DNA of 64,000 nucleotides from Escherichia coli (GTDB lineage Bacteria; Pseudomonadota; Gammaproteobacteria; Enterobacterales; Enterobacteriaceae): NCBI RefSeq assembly GCF_003334335.1, contig NZ_QOWQ01000001.1; one strand, 5' to 3'. Shown piece by piece: positions 47,788 to 57,051 of this stretch (position 1 is its first letter; each line of letters starts with the position of its first letter). The notes under the pieces were generated by a model. It saw only the letters and a program-made list of their open reading frames with translations, ran no database searches and was not told where the DNA came from. The position numbers and the translations under genes were made by a program.

Positions 47788-47868
47788 ATGAAAGATGTTG
47801 ATCAAATCTTTGATGCTTTAGACTGCCATATACTGCGAGAATATTTAATTTTATTGTTTTATGATTAA
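47788..47868 (+). CDS. yqeL: 26-aa small protein
   Basis: It is not in the ORF track. aaggag lies 9 nt upstream of an ATG that gives MKDVDQIFDALDCHILREYLILLFYD*. The length and position (between yqeK and yqeJ) match the K-12 small protein YqeL, as I recall. Confidence 0.55.
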   Translation: MKDVDQIFDALDCHILREYLILLFYD

Positions 47869-47900
47869 CGAGGTTCCATCTTTTTGTTATCTATTTTAGT

Positions 47901-48383
47901 TTACCTTGCACAATGCATTATTGCTCTGTTACCAATGCTCAAAATAAAAGCATGCTTACCTTGCTTTAGTATATTATAGCTTACACTTTTTTCTGGAAAG
48001 ACATAAAAATCAGGAATAAGTTGTGCAAGTCTATCATCATCAACTTGATCCATAATCTCAAACTTATTAACTTTCTTTGATGTTAAATGGGCTGTGTCAT
48101 AGTTTTCAATCCATGTGTATTCAATATTTCGCCGTATTGATTTACTTTCTCTGTTACCTTGTTGCCAGGTTCCACTCAACGCAACAGTTCCTGTTTTATT
48201 TTTTTTGTTATACATAAAGTCGATGGTAAGATTTGCTCGTCCCTGGTCATTAAAAATTACCCAATTTGCAGTGCATGTTTCGTTATATATCATTTTTTCT
48301 GCAGTGTAAGAATAGACAGTGAAGAGAATAAACCCACTGATAAAAACTAAAATAAATAATAAGTTTTTTTTATAATCAATCAC
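47901..48383 (-). CDS. yqeJ: Single-pass membrane protein, probable partner of YqeI (FidL/ToxS-like role)
   Basis: 160 aa from the GTG at 48383; an in-frame GTG at 48395 is an alternative start. It has the N-terminal TM helix LLFILVFISGFILFTVY. It overlaps the yqeI stop (GTGATTGA). Confidence 0.75.
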   Translation of the reverse strand: MIDYKKNLLFILVFISGFILFTVYSYTAEKMIYNETCTANWVIFNDQGRANLTIDFMYNKKNKTGTVALSGTWQQGNRESKSIRRNIEYTWIENYDTAHLTSKKVNKFEIMDQVDDDRLAQLIPDFYVFPEKSVSYNILKQGKHAFILSIGNRAIMHCAR

Positions 48384-49185
48384 GATTAACCTCACGGTAA
48401 GACAGGGTTAAACAGTTTGCCACTTCATGTTGGTTATAGTTTTTATTGCATGCCATAACAATCATCCCCGGTGAGGATTTTGCAAGAGGGAAGTATAACC
48501 ACGGATGTTTTTTACAGTTAATCCCCGAATCCAGTATCCGTGTTTTATATTTATCGAACTCTTTCAACCCATCAATTGTATCTTCTGTTACATTAAAATG
48601 GCAGCCATTAATTTCCGCAACAGTCTTGTAATCCTTGAAAAATGGCTTCGGTTGATTATTATTCCATAGCCAATATGCAGAATATGCGCCTATGACAAAT
48701 GCGCTCAACATAATTAGATGACTTTTTATATTTTTGAGGATTTTGTTATTGAAATTCTTTGCGCCACCAATGCTCTCTTTGTATCCCGCATTAACTTTTA
48801 TGGCAGGTGGGGCATTGTGTGTATGTGCGTCTGTTGACGAGTTTATTACATGATTTTGTATGTTAATGTCATTATGGATCTTGAATCCTCTTCTCGGCAC
48901 GGTTGCAATTAGCGAGTGGGTAGTATCACCAACAGCGCGAAATCCGCGTCTGATAATGGATATGTTCTGATATAACGTGTTAGTAGGCACACGCATACCT
49001 TCTTCTTCCCAGACTCTGGTGAAAAAATCTTGTTGTGCAACCACATCAGGAAAAGCTTCAAGTAGAAGTGATAAACATCGACTGGCTGGCGTTGTCAGAA
49101 CGACGTTAAGATCGGCGTTATGTACCGATATTAATTTTCGGTGCTCAGGCCAGAACTCGATATTATCGTTAATAATCCAGTACAT
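48376..49185 (-). CDS. yqeI: ToxR/CadC-like membrane-anchored transcriptional regulator
   Basis: 269 aa. It has an N-terminal OmpR-type winged helix (...TNTLYQNISIIRRGF...VPRRGFKI), a central TM helix (LIMLSAFVIGAYSAYWLW) and a periplasmic C-terminal domain. Confidence 0.88.
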   Translation of the reverse strand: MYWIINDNIEFWPEHRKLISVHNADLNVVLTTPASRCLSLLLEAFPDVVAQQDFFTRVWEEEGMRVPTNTLYQNISIIRRGFRAVGDTTHSLIATVPRRGFKIHNDINIQNHVINSSTDAHTHNAPPAIKVNAGYKESIGGAKNFNNKILKNIKSHLIMLSAFVIGAYSAYWLWNNNQPKPFFKDYKTVAEINGCHFNVTEDTIDGLKEFDKYKTRILDSGINCKKHPWLYFPLAKSSPGMIVMACNKNYNQHEVANCLTLSYREVNRD

Positions 49186-49518
49186 ACGTCAATAAACACT
49201 AAATCAATCGAAATGGAGATCACATAGTTTGCTAAGTATATTGGTATTTACGGCATAAATATATATTAATTTTATATTTATCATGATGATTGAAATGAGG
49301 CTTTAATGTTGCAACGTAAAACTTTACGTAAATTAACATGGTTAACATTTATGCCACTATTGTTTGTAAATTCATATTTCGTAATGCTTCTGAATTTTTC
49401 GTGTGATGGTTTTAAATACTATGGTGTTTACTCTTGAGGGGACGGCCTATTTATAAAATACGGACATTTCAATAAATGCCCGTATAAACAGAGTATGATT
49501 CTGGCTGGTCGTTGAGTA

Positions 49519-50151
49519 TCAATGTTGGACCGAATGTGAACGAATAAATAATTCGTTTATTTTACCACCCATTCTCTTTTCGATTCGTTGCTTGTACGCG
49601 TAGATGCTACGGATATCCATATCCAGAACTTCAGCAATCTGATATGGATTATAACCAGAAACCATATACCCCATTATGGTGAATTCCATCTGAGTTAATG
49701 TGTTACCTCTGGTAAATGATAAATAACGACCAATAAATAGTTGTCTGATCTTTTCATTGGCAACATCAAGACCATCATCATTATATATGACAGCAGATAT
49801 TGCTGAGTTGTGTTTTCGCCAGTAATTAGCTAACGATTGCATATTGCGGTCGCTGACTAAAACAATCCCCATGTCAGTACTTGCAAGATAGTCAATCCAG
49901 TCTTTTTCAAGGAATAGACGTAAAAAACTTACTGAAAAATCGACAAAAATATATCCGCTTAATCTCGCATTGTGGTTTTTTGTTAAGATACCTTCTACCA
50001 CACCACGATTAAAATATGAACTTTCTTCGGGCCACATACAAAAACACGAGTTTGCGCAATACTGCAAACGCGGTGACTCTTCTGGCATTATTTGGCAATG
50101 CATTGAGCAACTATTGCATGTAAGACTTTTATAACGACTACAAAGCCCCAT
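49519..50151 (-). CDS. yqeH: LuxR-type HTH regulator
   Basis: 210 aa from MGLCSRYKSL. The C-terminal HTH reads LTQMEFTIMGYMVSGYNPYQIAEVLDMDIRSIYAYKQRIEKRMG. Confidence 0.85.
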   Translation of the reverse strand: MGLCSRYKSLTCNSCSMHCQIMPEESPRLQYCANSCFCMWPEESSYFNRGVVEGILTKNHNARLSGYIFVDFSVSFLRLFLEKDWIDYLASTDMGIVLVSDRNMQSLANYWRKHNSAISAVIYNDDGLDVANEKIRQLFIGRYLSFTRGNTLTQMEFTIMGYMVSGYNPYQIAEVLDMDIRSIYAYKQRIEKRMGGKINELFIRSHSVQH

Positions 50152-50569
50152 GTTAAGAACCTCCCTATCCGTATATAATTGCATAATTTCATTGGTTATT
50201 GATGATGTCAATACACCATGATTTTGTAATTTTGCCGGGAAAAATTGCGATTAATCTGTATTTGCTATAATTCTGAGTAAGGCATTTAAAAATGCATTTC
50301 TCGTTATCAAATATGATTATGTTTCACTGATTTAATCTTGCATGGTTGAGAGCGGTCCAGATAACTATCTCATGGTATAAGAATATCTATATCGCAAATT
50401 GTTTTTGAATGACCAGAAGATATCTTGCGAATCTAAGTTATGCATCTTAAATAGTCTTATTTAAGATGTTCAGATCTCTTTGTGTGTTTAACTAACTGAT
50501 AATACTAGGATATGACGAGAGAAGTGATAGGGTGGAATAATAACAAATGAATATTATGAAAAATGGAAT

Positions 50570-50596
50570 GGTTCAAAATTGTAGCAATTTTGAACC
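50570..50596 (-). terminator. Probable terminator of yqeG
   Basis: ggttcaaaatt-N5-aattttgaacc forms an 11-bp stem. The minus-strand tail is attccattttt. Confidence 0.6.
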
Positions 50597-50610
50597 ATCC
50601 ACAACTGATA

Positions 50611-51840
50611 TTAGCTAAAGAACATTACCGATACGCACAGGATACCCACGATCAGCGTAATCAGATTTCCGATGGAACGCCAGGGTTTAAGCGCCGGGAT
50701 GAGATACGTTGACAGCGTAGGCATGATGAAAAGTATCATGGCAATGAGCGGGCCGCTGATCGCGTAAATCATCGAAATCGCGTTCGGGTTAATGCAACAA
50801 ACAATGAAGGTAATCAGCGATACCAACATAATTGATAGTGCGCGGTTAAATGCACGACTTTTCTTTACACCAACCTGCTGTAGTGTTGTTTTGACGACCT
50901 CTGTGGCACCTTCAATAACGCCAAAGTACGTACCCAGGAATGATTTCGACATCGCAACTACTGCGACAATAATCCCGGAAATTGACAACCATGCTGGGGC
51001 GTTCGGCAGCATAGAAAGCGCCGATAAAATGGTGACCCCTTCTTCTTTAGCAGCTTCAATATACGAAGGTGGAATAGAAAGCAGGCAGCTAAAGACAAAG
51101 AACAGTACACTTATGCAGATGATGAGATAAGCGACTTTCATAATTTTTTTGCATTTATCCATAGCGTGTTCGCCATATTTTTCACGTCTGTCTATGGCAA
51201 ACGTAGAAATAATGGGCGTATGGCTAAAGGCGAAAACCATCACGGGAATCGATATCCATATCTGGTGAAGGGTATTCTGATTGAACTCTACCTGGGTTGT
51301 TAATAGATCAGGTTGCCAACTACCGACAAGGTAAATGGAAAGAAATAAGAAATAGGCAATCAATGGGAATACCAAAAATCCCATTACCCGAATAGTGGCA
51401 TGACGTCCCATCAGAAAAATGAGATTCAGAATTAATACAACACCCAGACTCACCAACATACGGATGCGAAGATCAATAACCATATGCTTTGCCAGCTGTT
51501 CCGTAAGTGAGTTGGTAATTGCCACTGCATATATCAACACGACGACAAAAAAGGCGATGAAGTACAGCGTGGTAATCAGATTACCAATCTTCTTGCCATA
51601 GTAGTGTGTTACCGCGCCCGTTATCCCTTCACCTGCTGATGTTTTTGATGAGAGGATGAACTGGCACAAGGCTTTATGTGGCCAATATGTTAAAGGCCAG
51701 GCGACCAGAGCAGTAATAAACAGGACCACAGCCCCTGCCGAACCTAACTGAATAGGAAGGAAGAGCGTGCCTGCACCAACGGCTGTGCCGTAGAGCGCGA
51801 AACTCCACAGAGTTTCTTCTTTAGACCAAATATTAGACAT
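50611..51840 (-). CDS. yqeG: HAAAP-family (SdaC/TdcC-like) amino acid transporter
   Basis: A 409-aa polytopic membrane protein recognised as YqeG. Confidence 0.88.
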   Translation of the reverse strand: MSNIWSKEETLWSFALYGTAVGAGTLFLPIQLGSAGAVVLFITALVAWPLTYWPHKALCQFILSSKTSAGEGITGAVTHYYGKKIGNLITTLYFIAFFVVVLIYAVAITNSLTEQLAKHMVIDLRIRMLVSLGVVLILNLIFLMGRHATIRVMGFLVFPLIAYFLFLSIYLVGSWQPDLLTTQVEFNQNTLHQIWISIPVMVFAFSHTPIISTFAIDRREKYGEHAMDKCKKIMKVAYLIICISVLFFVFSCLLSIPPSYIEAAKEEGVTILSALSMLPNAPAWLSISGIIVAVVAMSKSFLGTYFGVIEGATEVVKTTLQQVGVKKSRAFNRALSIMLVSLITFIVCCINPNAISMIYAISGPLIAMILFIMPTLSTYLIPALKPWRSIGNLITLIVGILCVSVMFFS

Positions 51841-52094
51841 TATCTGAACGTATCATCTACAAATTAAACAAAATGGAGGGCAATTTACCATAAACCAGGT
51901 TAAGTATGGGAGATTAACGCCCTATCTACCCCTCTATTGGTGGGTTAGTGGTTGCAAACCTTACGTGCCAGTTATGTCTCTGACTGCTGCTCAGGCATAT
52001 TTCCTTTGTGATAAAAATCACTTTTTTTAAACAATTAAGATAACTGTAATTAACAATCATTTACTATTGCACTGTTAATTGGTGCGAGGTTGTG

Positions 52095-53276
52095 ATGAAA
52101 GACGTTGTGATTGTCGGGGCGTTACGGACACCTATCGGCTGCTTTCGTGGTGCGTTAGCGGGTCATTCCGCCGTGGAACTTGGTAGTCTGGTCGTGAAAG
52201 CGTTAATAGAACGTACCGGCGTTCCTGCATATGCGGTGGATGAAGTAATTCTTGGTCAGGTGTTGACTGCAGGGGCAGGGCAGAATCCGGCAAGGCAATC
52301 GGCTATTAAAGGTGGTCTGCCTAATAGCGTTTCTGCAATCACTATTAATGACGTTTGCGGTTCCGGGCTTAAAGCACTGCATCTGGCTACTCAGGCGATA
52401 CAGTGTGGCGAGGCTGATATTGTCATCGCCGGTGGCCAGGAAAACATGAGCCGCGCACCACATGTTCTGACTGATAGCCGCACCGGTGCACAGCTTGGCA
52501 ATAGCCAGTTGGTTGACAGTCTTGTGCATGATGGGTTGTGGGATGCCTTCAATGATTATCATATTGGTGTCACCGCCGAAAATCTGGCTCGCGAATATGG
52601 CATCAGCCGTCAGTTGCAGGATGCTTACGCACTTAGCTCGCAACAAAAAGCGCGAGCGGCGATTGACGCCGGACGATTTAAAGATGAGATCGTCCCGGTA
52701 ATGACCCAAAGTAACGGGCAGACGTTGGTTGTTGATACCGATGAACAGCCACGCACTGACGCCAGCGCAGAAGGCTTAGCCCGTTTAAATCCTTCATTTG
52801 ATAGTCTCGGTTCTGTGACAGCGGGTAATGCATCATCCATAAACGATGGCGCAGCTGCGGTAATGATGATGAGCGAAGCCAAAGCACGAGCGTTGAATTT
52901 ACCCGTGCTGGCCCGCATTCGCGCATTTGCCAGCGTTGGTGTAGATCCGGCATTGATGGGAATTGCGCCGGTGTATGCGACCCGCCGTTGCCTGGAGCGT
53001 GTAGGCTGGCAGTTGGCTGAAGTCGATCTTATCGAGGCTAATGAAGCGTTTGCTGCACAGGCGCTTTCGGTTGGCAAGATGCTTGAGTGGGATGAGCGTC
53101 GGGTCAATGTCAATGGTGGCGCGATCGCACTCGGTCACCCGATAGGCGCTTCCGGTTGCCGAATCCTGGTTTCTCTGGTTCATGAAATGGTGAAACGTAA
53201 TGCCCGCAAAGGACTGGCAACGCTTTGTATCGGCGGGGGCCAGGGTGTGGCATTGACCATTGAACGTGACGAATAG
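52095..53276 (+). CDS. yqeF: Acetyl-CoA acetyltransferase (thiolase II family)
   Basis: 393 aa. The active-site contexts are NDVCGSGLKA, NGGAIALGHPIGASG and CIGGGQG. Confidence 0.92.
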   Translation: MKDVVIVGALRTPIGCFRGALAGHSAVELGSLVVKALIERTGVPAYAVDEVILGQVLTAGAGQNPARQSAIKGGLPNSVSAITINDVCGSGLKALHLATQAIQCGEADIVIAGGQENMSRAPHVLTDSRTGAQLGNSQLVDSLVHDGLWDAFNDYHIGVTAENLAREYGISRQLQDAYALSSQQKARAAIDAGRFKDEIVPVMTQSNGQTLVVDTDEQPRTDASAEGLARLNPSFDSLGSVTAGNASSINDGAAAVMMMSEAKARALNLPVLARIRAFASVGVDPALMGIAPVYATRRCLERVGWQLAEVDLIEANEAFAAQALSVGKMLEWDERRVNVNGGAIALGHPIGASGCRILVSLVHEMVKRNARKGLATLCIGGGQGVALTIERDE

Positions 53277-53432
53277 CTCTGCATTTCCTCCTTACCGATA
53301 AATATCTGCCGTCATTAATCTGTTGAATAATGATGGCTGGCAAGTCGACATACATTTTCTGGGCTCCCTCATTTTTCCATTCTCATGACATATTCGTGAT
53401 CGACACTGCACTTTTTTTAATCCTTAACTTAA

Positions 53433-53453
53433 AAATGAAACATTGTTTTATTT
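53433..53453. promoter_or_regulatory. KdgR-type operator 1 upstream of kduI
   Basis: aaatgaaacattgttttattt matches the KdgR box core GAAACA-N-TGTTT(C/T). Confidence 0.6.
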
Positions 53454-53497
53454 TTAATTGAAAACCCTAGCCCATGGGCATATCATCCCTTTATAGA

Positions 53498-53518
53498 GAA
53501 AACGAAACAGTGTTTCAC
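53498..53518. promoter_or_regulatory. KdgR-type operator 2 upstream of kduI
   Basis: gaaaacgaaacagtgtttcac has perfect GAAACA / TGTTTC arms. Confidence 0.6.
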
Positions 53519-53562
53519 TATCGTTTTCTATTTTCACGCTTTACTGATTATCGGAGGTTGAT

Positions 53563-54399
53563 GTGGACGTAAGACAGAGCATCCACAGTGCGCACGCAAA
53601 AACGCTGGATACCCAAGGGCTGCGCAATGAATTTTTGGTTGAAAAGGTATTTGTCGCCGATGAGTACACCATGGTTTACAGCCACATTGACCGAATTATT
53701 GTTGGCGGCATTATGCCGATAACTAAAACGGTTTCCGTTGGCGGGGAAGTTGGTAAACAACTCGGCGTAAGCTATTTCCTTGAACGTCGCGAGTTAGGTG
53801 TTATCAATATTGGCGGTGCCGGTACGATTACTGTCGATGGCCAATGCTATGAAATCGGTCACCGCGACGCCCTGTATGTTGGTAAAGGTGCAAAAGAAGT
53901 TGTCTTTGCCAGTATTGATACCGGCACTCCGGCGAAGTTTTATTACAATTGCGCACCCGCGCATACGACGTATCCCACCAAAAAAGTCACACCGGACGAA
54001 GTATCTCCAGTCACGTTAGGCGATAACCTCACCAGTAACCGTCGCACGATTAACAAATATTTTGTCCCGGATGTACTGGAAACCTGCCAATTGAGTATGG
54101 GGCTGACGGAGCTGGCTCCGGGTAACTTGTGGAACACCATGCCGTGTCACACCCACGAGCGCCGGATGGAAGTTTATTTCTATTTCAATATGGATGATGA
54201 CGCCTGCGTTTTCCACATGATGGGGCAGCCGCAAGAAACGCGTCATATTGTGATGCATAACGAGCAGGCGGTGATCTCCCCGAGCTGGTCGATCCATTCC
54301 GGTGTCGGAACCAAAGCTTATACCTTTATCTGGGGCATGGTCGGTGAAAACCAGGTCTTTGATGATATGGACCATGTGGCCGTTAAAGATTTGCGCTAG
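53563..54399 (+). CDS. kduI: 5-dehydro-4-deoxy-D-glucuronate isomerase
   Basis: 278 aa with a GTG start; the N-terminus is [24 protein letters not shown]. It has a cupin fold and is recognised as KduI. Confidence 0.94.
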
Positions 54400-54428
54400 T
54401 TGTGGGCATAAACGAATAAGGTATTGTT

Positions 54429-55190
54429 ATGATTTTAAGTGCATTTTCTCTCGAAGGTAAAGTTGCGGTCGTCACTGGTTGTGATACTGGACTGGGTCAG
54501 GGGATGGCGTTGGGGCTGGCGCAAGCGGGCTGTGACATTGTTGGCATTAACATCGTTGAACCGACTGAAACCATCGAGCAGGTCACAGCGCTGGGGCGTC
54601 GTTTTTTAAGCCTGACCGCCGATCTGCGAAAGATTGATGGTATTCCAGCACTGCTGGATCGCGCGGTAGCGGAGTTTGGTCATATTGATATCCTGGTGAA
54701 TAACGCCGGATTGATTCGCCGCGAAGATGCTCTCGAGTTCAGCGAAAAGGACTGGGACGATGTCATGAACCTGAATATCAAGAGCGTATTCTTCATGTCT
54801 CAGGCAGCGGCGAAACACTTTATCGCGCAAGGCAATGGCGGCAAGATTATCAATATCGCGTCAATGCTCTCCTTCCAGGGCGGGATCCGTGTGCCTTCTT
54901 ATACCGCATCAAAAAGCGGCGTGATGGGTGTGACGCGATTGATGGCGAACGAATGGGCTAAACACAACATTAATGTTAATGCGATAGCCCCGGGTTACAT
55001 GGCGACCAACAATACTCAACAACTACGGGCAGATGAACAACGTAGCGCGGAAATTCTCGACCGCATTCCAGCTGGTCGTTGGGGACTGCCGAGTGACCTG
55101 ATGGGGCCGATAGTGTTCCTTGCCTCCAGCGCTTCAGATTATGTGAATGGTTATACCATTGCCGTGGATGGCGGTTGGCTGGCGCGTTAA
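54429..55190 (+). CDS. kduD: 2-dehydro-3-deoxy-D-gluconate 5-dehydrogenase (SDR family)
   Basis: 253 aa with the SDR motifs TGCDTGLG and YTASK. Confidence 0.94.
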   Translation: MILSAFSLEGKVAVVTGCDTGLGQGMALGLAQAGCDIVGINIVEPTETIEQVTALGRRFLSLTADLRKIDGIPALLDRAVAEFGHIDILVNNAGLIRREDALEFSEKDWDDVMNLNIKSVFFMSQAAAKHFIAQGNGGKIINIASMLSFQGGIRVPSYTASKSGVMGVTRLMANEWAKHNINVNAIAPGYMATNNTQQLRADEQRSAEILDRIPAGRWGLPSDLMGPIVFLASSASDYVNGYTIAVDGGWLAR

Positions 55191-55212
55191 TTCATTCTTC
55201 TTACTTTTATGA

Positions 55213-55236
55213 CCCTGCCGCATGGCAGGGTTTTTT
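55213..55236 (+). terminator. Intrinsic terminator of kduD
   Basis: ccctgcc-gcat-ggcaggg followed by tttttt. Confidence 0.8.
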
Positions 55237-55405
55237 ATACCTGTAGATCATCATAATCCATATCATGGTTATGAAATAATCCATATTAATTATCAATTAA
55301 TGAACTTTATGAATTTTATCTGCTGTAAAATTAGGTGGTTAATAATAATCTCAATAATTCAACTTAATTTGAAAATTGGAATATCCATCACATAACGACA
55401 TGTCG

Positions 55406-55442
55406 CAGCAATTTAATCCATATTTATGCTGTTTCCGACCTG
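55406..55442 (+). promoter_or_regulatory. AraC binding half-sites (araI1/araI2-like) of the araE promoter
   Basis: cagcaatttaatccata followed by tttatgctgtttccgacctg, compared with araI TAGCATTTTTATCCATA and ...GCGGATCCTACCTG. The site ends about 60 nt upstream of the araE ATG. Confidence 0.6.
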
Positions 55443-55504
55443 ACACCTGCGTGAGTTGTTCACGTATTTTTTCACTATGTCTTACTCTCTGCTGGCAGGA
55501 AAAA

Positions 55505-56923
55505 ATGGTTACTATCAATACGGAATCTGCTTTAACGCCACGTTCTTTGCGGGATACGCGGCGTATGAATATGTTTGTTTCGGTAGCTGCTGCGGTCGCA
55601 GGATTGTTATTTGGTCTTGATATCGGCGTAATCGCCGGAGCGTTGCCGTTCATTACCGATCACTTTGTGCTGACCAGTCGTTTGCAGGAATGGGTGGTTA
55701 GTAGCATGATGCTCGGTGCAGCAATTGGTGCGCTGTTTAATGGTTGGCTGTCGTTCCGCCTGGGGCGTAAATACAGCCTGATGGCGGGGGCCATCCTGTT
55801 TGTACTCGGTTCTATAGGGTCCGCTTTTGCGACCAGCGTAGAGATGTTAATCGCCGCTCGTGTGGTGCTGGGCATTGCTGTCGGGATCGCGTCTTACACC
55901 GCTCCTCTGTATCTTTCTGAAATGGCAAGTGAAAACGTTCGCGGTAAGATGATCAGTATGTACCAGTTGATGGTCACACTCGGCATCGTGCTGGCGTTTT
56001 TATCCGATACAGCGTTCAGTTATAGCGGTAACTGGCGCGCAATGTTGGGGGTTCTTGCTTTACCAGCAGTTCTGCTGATTATTCTGGTAGTCTTCCTGCC
56101 AAATAGCCCGCGCTGGCTGGCGGAAAAGGGGCGTCATATTGAGGCGGAAGAAGTATTGCGTATGCTGCGCGATACGTCGGAAAAAGCGCGAGAAGAACTC
56201 AACGAAATTCGTGAAAGCCTGAAGTTAAAACAGGGCGGTTGGGCACTGTTTAAGATCAACCGTAACGTCCGTCGTGCTGTGTTTCTCGGTATGTTGTTGC
56301 AGGCGATGCAGCAGTTTACCGGTATGAACATCATCATGTACTACGCGCCGCGTATCTTCAAAATGGCGGGCTTTACGACCACAGAACAACAGATGATTGC
56401 GACTCTGGTCGTAGGGCTGACCTTTATGTTCGCCACCTTTATTGCGGTGTTTACGGTAGATAAAGCAGGGCGTAAACCGGCTCTGAAAATTGGTTTCAGC
56501 GTGATGGCGTTAGGCACTCTGGTGCTGGGCTATTGCCTGATGCAGTTTGATAACGGTACGGCTTCCAGTGGCTTGTCCTGGCTCTCTGTTGGCATGACGA
56601 TGATGTGTATTGCCGGTTATGCGATGAGCGCCGCGCCAGTGGTGTGGATCCTGTGCTCTGAAATTCAGCCGCTGAAATGCCGCGATTTCGGTATTACCTG
56701 TTCGACCACCACGAACTGGGTGTCGAATATGATTATCGGCGCGACCTTCCTGACACTGCTTGATAGCATTGGCGCTGCCGGTACGTTCTGGCTCTACACT
56801 GCGCTGAACATTGCGTTTGTGGGCATTACTTTCTGGCTCATTCCGGAAACCAAAAATGTCACGCTGGAACATATCGAACGCAAACTGATGGCAGGCGAGA
56901 AGTTGAGAAATATCGGCGTCTGA
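55505..56923 (+). CDS. araE: Arabinose:H+ symporter (MFS sugar porter)
   Basis: 472 aa from [24 protein letters not shown]. The 43-codon upstream extension was discarded. Confidence 0.95.
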
Positions 56924-56929
56924 TTTCAC

Positions 56930-56962
56930 GGGCCGGATGTGCTGTACATCCGGCCCTTTTTT
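56930..56962 (+). terminator. Intrinsic terminator of araE
   Basis: gggccggatgt-gctgt-acatccggccc followed by tttttt. Confidence 0.85.
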
Positions 56963-57051
56963 CGTTAATAGAGATTGGGCACTTGGCCGTTGAGGCGTTT
57001 GTCTCGTTCCTTATTCAGCCTTGTTGCGGTAACACACATCAGGAGAGAGGA

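Larger units (their letters stand above)
31830..50211. other. AT-rich tRNA-associated genomic island: ETT2 (E. coli type III secretion system 2), degenerate form
   Basis: Base composition changes abruptly at the glyU 3' end. By eye it is roughly one third G+C against about one half in the flanks; this was not computed. The gene content is SPI-1-like T3SS genes plus regulators. No integrase or IS element was seen. The right boundary is approximate. Confidence 0.85.

Noticed and set aside
31830-52091. I searched by eye for an integrase gene, IS elements, or a direct repeat of the glyU 3' end marking the distal island boundary, and for CRISPR arrays anywhere in the window.
   Set aside because: None was found. 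The island boundary on the yqeH/yqeG side can only be placed approximately from base composition. A computational repeat search would be needed to be sure.
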